Origin: Macrostomum lignano
Taxonomy: Eukaryota
Assembly (NCBI GenBank): GCA_002269645.1
Contig: NIVC01002588.1
Span: 1 to 44,265 of the forward strand
Direction: 5' to 3'
Length of the DNA: 44,265 nucleotides
Shown here in pieces: positions 37,117-44,265 of this stretch. The notes beneath the pieces are model-generated. The model searched no databases. It worked only from the letters and a program-made list of their open reading frames with translations, and had not been told where the DNA came from. The stretch's first letter is position 1. Each line of letters begins with the position of its first letter. The position numbers and the translations under genes are program-made.

Positions 37117-38670
37117 TAGACAGACATTCCGGATTAAAAATGTTTAACCCCGCCAATCGCAGGTGTCCGGCCATCTCGGACATCGGAGTTGGCTACCTGT
37201 CCACTATGCCGAAGCTGCGCCTGCTCAGCCTTCGCTGGTGCTCCGGCCTCAGCGACACCGCAGTCAGACACGCCACCGGGATTCGAACTCTGACCCAGCT
37301 CTCACTGTCAGGTAAGAAATGCCGATCTCAAGTTTGCCAATCTCGAAATAACTGTAAATATCCGTGAAATTTTGTAAAGGACTGCATGTATTCGTAACTA
37401 GCCTTTGAATGTCAGTAACTGTCTGTAAATGACTGTATTTGCCTTTATTTACAAGCTATCTGCTATTTACAAGCTATCTGCTATTTACAAGCTATCTGCT
37501 ATTTACAAGCTATTTACAAGTAAATAGTTCCGACCAGTATAAGGTTGTAGATAGCTCGTATCTCTAAATGACTGTGAAAGTCTGTAGATTCTTTCTATAG
37601 ATATAGATTCAATATGTGTCTGTAAAAGTTTGTAAATACCTGTAACAGTTTGTAGACATCTCTAACTACCTGTGAAACACTGTAATTGTCTTTATAAGTC
37701 TGTATCCCTGGCCCAGCCTCTTGAGTTCATCAGTAGCTTTCCACCGACTGACATCAGAGAGTCACATGAAGCAGCTGGGCAGCCGGTTCCAGAATTGCCA
37801 CAAGGCAGCAGAAGGCGACACAGCTGTTTCCTCTCCCGCTCCATCATCCCCTGGCTGCGGGGTGAACTATTTTCGTCAGTAGAATTACGCTACCCACCCA
37901 GAATTCCGGAGTTACTTCTCGCTTCCTTTACCACGAGTCCTCTGGTCCTCTCCCCTTAAGATAAAATTGAATTTCGTGGTCGCCTCTAACTCAACCGGTA
38001 GCCACCAACCGGTAGCCACCAACCGGTAGCCACCAACCGGTAGCCACCAACCGGTAGCCACCAACCGGTAGCCACCAACCGGTGGCCACCTACCGGTAGC
38101 CATCAACCGGTAGCCACCAACCGGTAGCCACCAACCGGTAGCCACCAACCGGTAGCCACCAACCGGTAGCCACCAACCGGTAGCCACCAACCGGTAGCCA
38201 TCAACCGGTAGCCACCAGCCGGTAACCCTCAACCCGTAACCACCACACGGACTACTTAAGTAGACTTAAGTATATAAACGACAATTAAGTAGTCCGTGAA
38301 CCACCAACCGGTAGCCATCAACCGGTAGTCACCAACCGGTAGCCATCAACCGGTAGTCACCAACCGGTAGCCACCAACTGGTAGCCACCAACCGGTAACC
38401 AATTAGTAAACCCTCCACCGGTAACCCTCAACCGGTAGCCATCAACCGGAAATCCTCAACCGGTAATCATCAACCAGTAGCCACCAACCGGTAACCACCA
38501 ACCGGTTCCCCCACCCCACAGGCGTCACCAAGGTCACTGAGGACGGCCTGTGCCACCTGATCCGGGCGCGCCGCCTGCAGTCCCTGGAGCTGACCAACTG
38601 CGCCGCGGCCAGTCGTGGAATTCGAAATTACCTTCAGCTACAGCTGCCCCATTGCCGAATATACTACTAA
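34718..38670 (+). CDS. FBXL16: F-box/LRR-repeat protein 16 homolog; exons 34718-35928, 37163-37311, 38522-38670 (502 aa)
   Basis: Degenerate F-box (EAARLCRVCPAWRDALYRLSFW). LRRs SCWEITDRG...GCSKLTDEAV...[57 protein letters not shown]...LSLSG|...LELTNCAAAS...QLPHCRIYY* are colinear with the FBXL16 C-terminus as recalled. Splice phases 2 and 1 are consistent. Confidence 0.9.
35936..36575. repeat. 34-bp minisatellite starting just after the FBXL16 intron 1 donor
   Basis: GGGAAGGAGCCGGGTTGACAGTATTGTGTCAGGA, about 18 copies. Confidence 0.95.
37056..37125. repeat. (GACA)n microsatellite
   Basis: GACA run about 40 nt upstream of the exon 2 acceptor. Confidence 0.95.
37991..38505. repeat. 14-bp minisatellite in FBXL16 intron 2
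   Basis: AACCGGTAGCCACC units. Confidence 0.93.
38246..38298. mobile_element. 53-bp ultra-short MITE-like insertion
   Basis: Perfect 14-bp TIR CACGGACTACTTAA / TTAAGTAGTCCGTG. 8-bp direct repeat AACCACCA at 38238-38245 and 38299-38306. Confidence 0.65.
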
Positions 38671-39245
38671 CCCGAGGCGCTGGTGTACTATTAACTTATG
38701 TCTTATCTGTTGTTGCCGTGTTATTCATGTTAAAAAATACTGCACTTTCAGTAGTATAAATCACCACTGATCAATTTCGTCAGGTTGCTAATCGGATATA
38801 TTTTTTAATTTAATTTCTAAAAGCTCTACTAACAGTAGCATTGAGCGAGTATTGCAACAATTTTAAAGTAAAAAAATAAACCCGGAAAATTATTATACTT
38901 TTCGTTGTCGATAGAATTAAATAAACAAAATTTGTTATTTTTTGTGCGTCTCGTTTATTTATTCGACAGAATCATTTGTACACTTGTCAGCAATTTATAT
39001 AAATAATTCTTTGCGATTTTCAATTGCACAAATTAAATAACTTTTTTAAAATTTCAGCTCTTTAAGCCACTATTAGATAGGGGCTGGGGAAAATTAGCTT
39101 GAAAATATGAATATAGAGAATAATACATTATTAGCAAATACTACTGAATGTGTTACTGGCTAGAACTATCAGCAGCATCCTCTAAGTGAAGAGGGTAAAA
39201 TATTACATTTAATCGATCATTGCACTAAGCTCTTTTTTAGGCGGT

Positions 39246-42184
39246 TCAGCACTCGAATTCTTTGTTAGTCAGGCACCTCAGATCGTTCATGAGGCCGTCA
39301 AGAGTCTTTGTCATGTCCTCGGTTGACAGCACGAACTGAAATGGGCACAAGTGAGGTTTGGATGCTTTATACCAGAGAGCATGTACACCATAGAGCATGT
39401 ACACCATAGAGCATGTACACCATAGAGCATGTACACCATAGAGCATGTACACCATAGAGCATGTACACCATAGAGCATGTACACCATAGAGCATGTACAC
39501 CATAGAGCATGTACACCATAGAGCATGTACACCATACAGCATGTACACCATAGAGCATGTACACCATACAGCATGTACACCATAGAGCATGTACACCATA
39601 CAGCATGTACACCATAGAGCATGTACACCATAGAGCATGTACACCATAGAGCATGTACACCATACAGCATACACAGTACACCATACGCTCGTACAGAAAA
39701 CACATATCTACATTATGGAACATGATCACCAATGGTACATACACTTCTTGACGTCTGACTGTCGAATGTGGATCCGCCGCCGCCGCCTCCACCAGCGCCG
39801 CCTCCGTTATATGCGCCGCCGAGGCCACCGCCGCTGCCACCGTCGCCGCCGCTGCCTCCGTTGCCGCCGTGCAGGCTGCGCGATGGACGGGCAACGGGCG
39901 GGTTGAGAATGTCAGGCGTTACGTTGACTGAGCGACCGTTGCCTAGCGACGCCAGCATGAGCGTCGGTGCAGCTGCAGACGCCACTGCCGCCGCCGCCGA
40001 TGTAGACGGACGTCGCTTGGATGGCGAACCAATGGAAGAGCTGAGACTCGAGTGCGGGCTGGACAGCTTGCCTGCTTGCGAGTGGGAACGAGTGAGGGTG
40101 TAGCTTGTTTAGTTGTGTGCGGTGTAGCTTCCCCACACAACAGCCATGTACATTAACGCCCCCTCACGACACCAATGTACATTGACGCCCCCTCACGACA
40201 CCAATGTACATTGACGCCCCCTCACGACACCAATGTACATTGACGCCCCCCTCACGACACCAATGTACATTGACGCCCCCTCACGACACCAATGTACATT
40301 GACGCCCCCCTCACGACACCAATGCACACTGACGCCCCCTCACGACACCAATGTACATTGACGCCCCCTCTCGACACCAATGTACAACGAGGACCCCCCA
40401 CAACAGCCCATGTACACCAAGGCCGCGGCTCACCCGAGCTGAAGTCGGGCGCGTCAACTCGCGGCGGCGAGGCAAGGCCTCTTGACGAAGCCCCGATGGC
40501 AGCAGCAGCAGCGCCTGGCTGGTAGGACGGCGGCGTCCCCGGCGGGTAAAGCCCGGAGCTGGAGATGTTCCTGAAGTGTCCCGGTGGGTTCGGCGACGCG
40601 CCGCCCGGGTGATCGAGCAGCAGCGGCTCGCCCATGAAGCCGCGCCCGCCTCCGAGGCCGAGGTGGCCGCCGCCCAGGTGGTGCGGCGGGTGCACCGAGC
40701 TCCGGCCGAACGGTCCACCTACAGGGCCGTCAGCGCCACGGCCCGCCTGTGGAAGGTGCCGCAGCTCCAGGCAGTTCTCCGACCGGCGGCAGAGGTCTGG
40801 CGTCTGTTGCTGGTGCTGCAGCTGGTGCTGGCCTCCGCCTGTCGATATCAGCAGCGCCGCCGCCTGCGCGTCTGGCGAATTCTTGCCGGAACGAGCCCGT
40901 GGCGAGCCCGGGTGCCGCTGATTGGCTGCCGCCTCTTGACCAATCAGGCTCGCCTCCTCCTTGGCCGCCCGGTCCGCCTGTCTGCGCCGGCGGCCGCCGC
41001 CTCCTCCGGTGCCGCCCGCTGCCTCGCCGCTTCGACAGAGGCACACGGTTGCTATGGCAACAATCAGGAGCACAATCGCCAGGCCGAATCCGCCGCCGAT
41101 GACGAACCACAGCTTCCGGTCGCTCTCGGAATCCGGCGAGCTGGCCGCTTGCAGAGGGGGGTCGGCTGAAAAAGTAAGTTTAGCTACGCTATAGTATCGA
41201 TATTGTTGCTGAACTAAAGCTTGACCATTCACTTTATGCTTACATTGGGATCCTGATCCTGCAATTGCGTCAAGCACCATGCCGCCGCCGTATCCGTTTG
41301 CTGCGGGTTGGCAGTTTAAAGAATAACAAGCTTGATAGGCTGATGCAGTGCTAAACTGCTATCCTAGCCCCCATTTATCACCTCATTCCACAACCACCTC
41401 ACTCCGCAGCCACCTCACTCCGCCAGCCACCTCACTCCGCAGCCACCTCACTCCGCAACCACCTCACTCCGCAACCACCTCACTCCGCAGCTACCTCACT
41501 CCGCAGCCACCTCACTCCGCAACCACCTCACTCCGCAGCCACCTCACTCCTCGAACTCACCATCCGGCGTCATAAATGCTGTCAAGTTGGTGGCCGGCCC
41601 GACGCCCGCCTGGTTCTCGGCGCGCACCTTGAACACATACAGACTGGACTGCTGCAGGCCGGTGACAACAATTTGAGTCTCCTTAGCCGCGGCGTTGCGG
41701 CTGATGAACCGACCGCCGTGAGGAGCGTAGTACACTGTGTAGCCAGTCAGTGGCCCGTTCGGCTCCAGCGGCGGCCGCCAGGTGAGCAGCACGGAGCCGG
41801 ACAGGCTGGTGCGGGCCACCCGCAGCTCCAGCGGCGGCGTGCCCGGCGGCTCAGCCTTGGTGACGAAGGTGGCCACCATGCTGAAGTCGCTCTGCATGTA
41901 GCCCAGGTGGCAGCGGATCCTGGCCGCGTAGGCGGTGAACGGGCGCAGCTGGGACAGCCGCAGTCGAAGCCCCGTCGTGTTGAATCGGCGCGGTTTCGCG
42001 TCAACGACAGCCGAGGACGATCTGGACGAGGTGGCATCCTCGGCGAGTTCGACTTCGTAAAGGCGGCCGGCCGCGTCCGAGCCGGGCAGGCCGAGGTCCC
42101 GGTCTGTCCAGCTGACCACCGCTGTACGGCCGTCCATGACGGTGGCCTTCACGTTCAGCGGGACGCTGGGCGACTGCCGGTCGT
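39246..42184 (-). CDS. fra: Frazzled/DCC/neogenin-family netrin receptor, 3' part; exons 42184-41561, 41165-40434, 40071-39743, 39335-39246 (5' exons continue rightwards)
   Basis: Two FN3 domains (...LLTWRPPLEPNGPLTGYTVYY...YVFKVRAENQAGVGP), a TM segment (LWFVIGGGFGLAIVLLIVAIATVCLC) and the terminal STEDMTKTLDGLMNDLRCLTNKEFEC*, matching the P3 motif and ...EFEC end of Drosophila Frazzled as recalled. Phases 1,1,0 are consistent. Confidence 0.85.
39377..39672. repeat. 16-bp intronic minisatellite
   Basis: CATGTACACCATAGAG units. Confidence 0.95.
40145..40400. repeat. 29-bp intronic minisatellite
   Basis: AATGTACATTGACGCCCCCTCACGACACC units. Confidence 0.92.
41390..41550. repeat. 16-bp intronic minisatellite
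   Basis: CACCTCACTCCGCA(G/A)C units. Confidence 0.92.
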
Positions 42185-42319
42185 CTGCGGAAATTCGCGA
42201 GAGTGCAGATCTGTGGGAGCTGACAGGGCCAGTGTGAGCTGACAGGAAGAGCCAGTGTGACTAACAGGAAGAGCCAGTGTGAGCTGACAGGAGGGGCCAG
42301 TCTGAGCTGACACACTTCT

Positions 42320-43259
42320 GTCAGTCAGGGTCTGTAGAGCTGACACACTTCTGTCAGTCAGAGTTCAGTGGGAGCTGACACACTTCTATCAGTCAGGGTT
42401 CAGTGGGAGCTGACACACTTCTATCAGTCAGGGTTCAGTGGGAGCTGACACACTTCTATCAGTCAGAGTTCAGTGGGAGCTGACACACTTCTGTCAGTCA
42501 GGGTTCAGTGGGAGCTGACACACTTCTATCAGTCAGGGTTCAGTGGGAGCTGACACACTTCTATCAGTCAGGGTTCAGTGGGAGCTGACACACTTCTATC
42601 AGTCAGGGTTCAGTGGGAGCTGGCACACTTCTATCAGTCAGAGTTCAGTGGGAGCTGACACACTTCTGTCAGTCAGGGTTCAGTGGGAGCTGACACACTT
42701 CTATCAGTCAGGGTTCAGTGGGAGCTGACACACTTCTATCAGTCAGGGTTCAGTGGGAGCTGACACACTTCTATCAGTCAGGGTTCAGTGGGAGCTGACA
42801 CACTTCTATCAGTCAGGGTTCAGTGGGAGCTGGCACACTTCTATCAGTCAGGGTTCAGTGGGAGCTGACACACTTCTATCAGTCAGAGTTCAGTGGGAGC
42901 TGACACACTTCTGTCAGTCAGGGTTCAGTGGGAGCTGACACACTTCTATCAGTCAGGGTTCAGTGGGAGCTGACACACTTCTATCAGTCAGAGTTCAGTG
43001 GGAGCTGACACACTTCTGTCAGTCAGGGTTCAGTGGGAGCTGACACACTTCTATCAGTCAGGGTTCAGTGGGAGCTGACACACTTCTATCAGTCAGGGTT
43101 CAGTGGGAGCTGACACACTTCTATCAGTCAGGGTTCAGTGGGAGCTGACACACTTCTATCAGTCAGGGTTCAGTGGGAGCTGACACACTTCTATCAGTCA
43201 GGGTTCAGTGGGAGCTGACACACTTCTATCAGTCAGGGTTCAGTGGGAGCTGACACACT
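42320..43259. repeat. 35-bp intronic minisatellite
   Basis: CAGTGGGAGCTGACACACTTCTATCAGTCAGGGTT, about 27 copies. Confidence 0.96.
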
Positions 43260-43845
43260 ATTGAGACCAGCTCGCTTTCCAGTTAAATACATGCAGATTA
43301 TAAGTAGTACATAAGTTTTTTTCGTAACCTACACCAAAATTTAAGAAAAGCCATTAGCTCGTTCTGTAGATTGGTTCACTAAATTGGCTATTTCTCTCCC
43401 CGAAAAGAAATTTGTCGGGGCCAGAATAAAAACGGACAAAACGCTTAAAGCATATGGATTTGAACTTGTTGGTGCTGGGTTGCGTTCAGTGTGGTTGCGC
43501 TTCTTAAAGTACAAGTGCACCAGCAGACTTTGTCTGGTATACATCGGTAGTTTCGTAGAAGGAAAATTTGTGCGCTGACGACAACAGAAAACGGTTTAAA
43601 TCAAAAAACGATACTCATACTTACAAGTTTGACCACCTGTAAATGAAGCATACGGGCAGGTTTGATAATTGATGTTTGCATTGATAATATTGCAATTATA
43701 TATTCATATTCGCACCACATTGTTGTTTAATGCATTTAAACGTAACAGGAATTCTAATATTTATGGTTGCTGATAGTAGTAGCATTCGCAATAAAAATGG
43801 GATAAATGGGTCACTGTACTTTATAATACAGCTCTGGGTATAAGG

Positions 43846-44255
43846 GTTAGACAGGAGAGTCACCTGTTGGAGTACCTAGAGGTTAGACAGGAGTGTCACC
43901 TGTTAGACAGGAGTGTCACCTGTTAGACAGGAGAGTCACCTGTTAGACAGGAGAGTCACCTGTTAGACAGGAGTGTCACCTGTTAGACAGGAGTGTCACC
44001 TGTTAGACAGGAGAGTCACCTGTTAGACAGGAGAGTCACCTGTTAGACAGGAGAGTCACCTGTTAGACAGGAGTGTCACCTGTTAGACAGAGAGTCACCT
44101 GTTAGACAGGAGAGTCACCTGTTAGACAGGAGTGCCACCTGTTAGACAGGAGTGTCACCTGTTAGACAGGAGTGTCACTGTTAGACAGGAAGTCACACCT
44201 GTTAGACAGGAGAGTCACCTGATAGAAGAGTGTCACCTGTTAGACAGGAGTGTCC
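43846..44255. repeat. 20-bp minisatellite running to the window end
   Basis: TGTTAGACAGGAG(T/A)GTCACC units. Confidence 0.95.
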
Positions 44256-44265
44256 CCAGCTAGAA

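Overview
Eukaryotic (animal) genomic DNA, not prokaryotic. GC-rich exons encode poly-A/G/S/Q tracts and sit among AT-rich, minisatellite-filled introns. The style suggests a free-living flatworm such as Macrostomum; that is inference only. Four spliced genes were reconstructed by hand from GT/AG sites and frame continuity: (1) Rab GDP-dissociation inhibitor (minus strand, 6 coding exons, 444 aa); (2) an Egalitarian-like protein (plus strand, about 712 aa) with three winged-helix repeats, a cold-shock/OB-like domain and C-terminal LC8-type TQT motifs, but no visible exonuclease domain; (3) an FBXL16 F-box/LRR protein (plus strand, 3 exons, about 502 aa); (4) the 3' part of a frazzled/DCC/neogenin receptor (minus strand: two FN3 domains, TM, P3 motif). 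The non-coding DNA holds several MITEs with target-site duplications, a MULE transposase remnant, a decayed RTE-like LINE, a young 5'-truncated RNase H LINE, a tRNA-derived SINE and about 20 different tandem repeats. The most interesting item is the Egalitarian-like architecture. Family assignments come from recalled reference sequences, not database searches.
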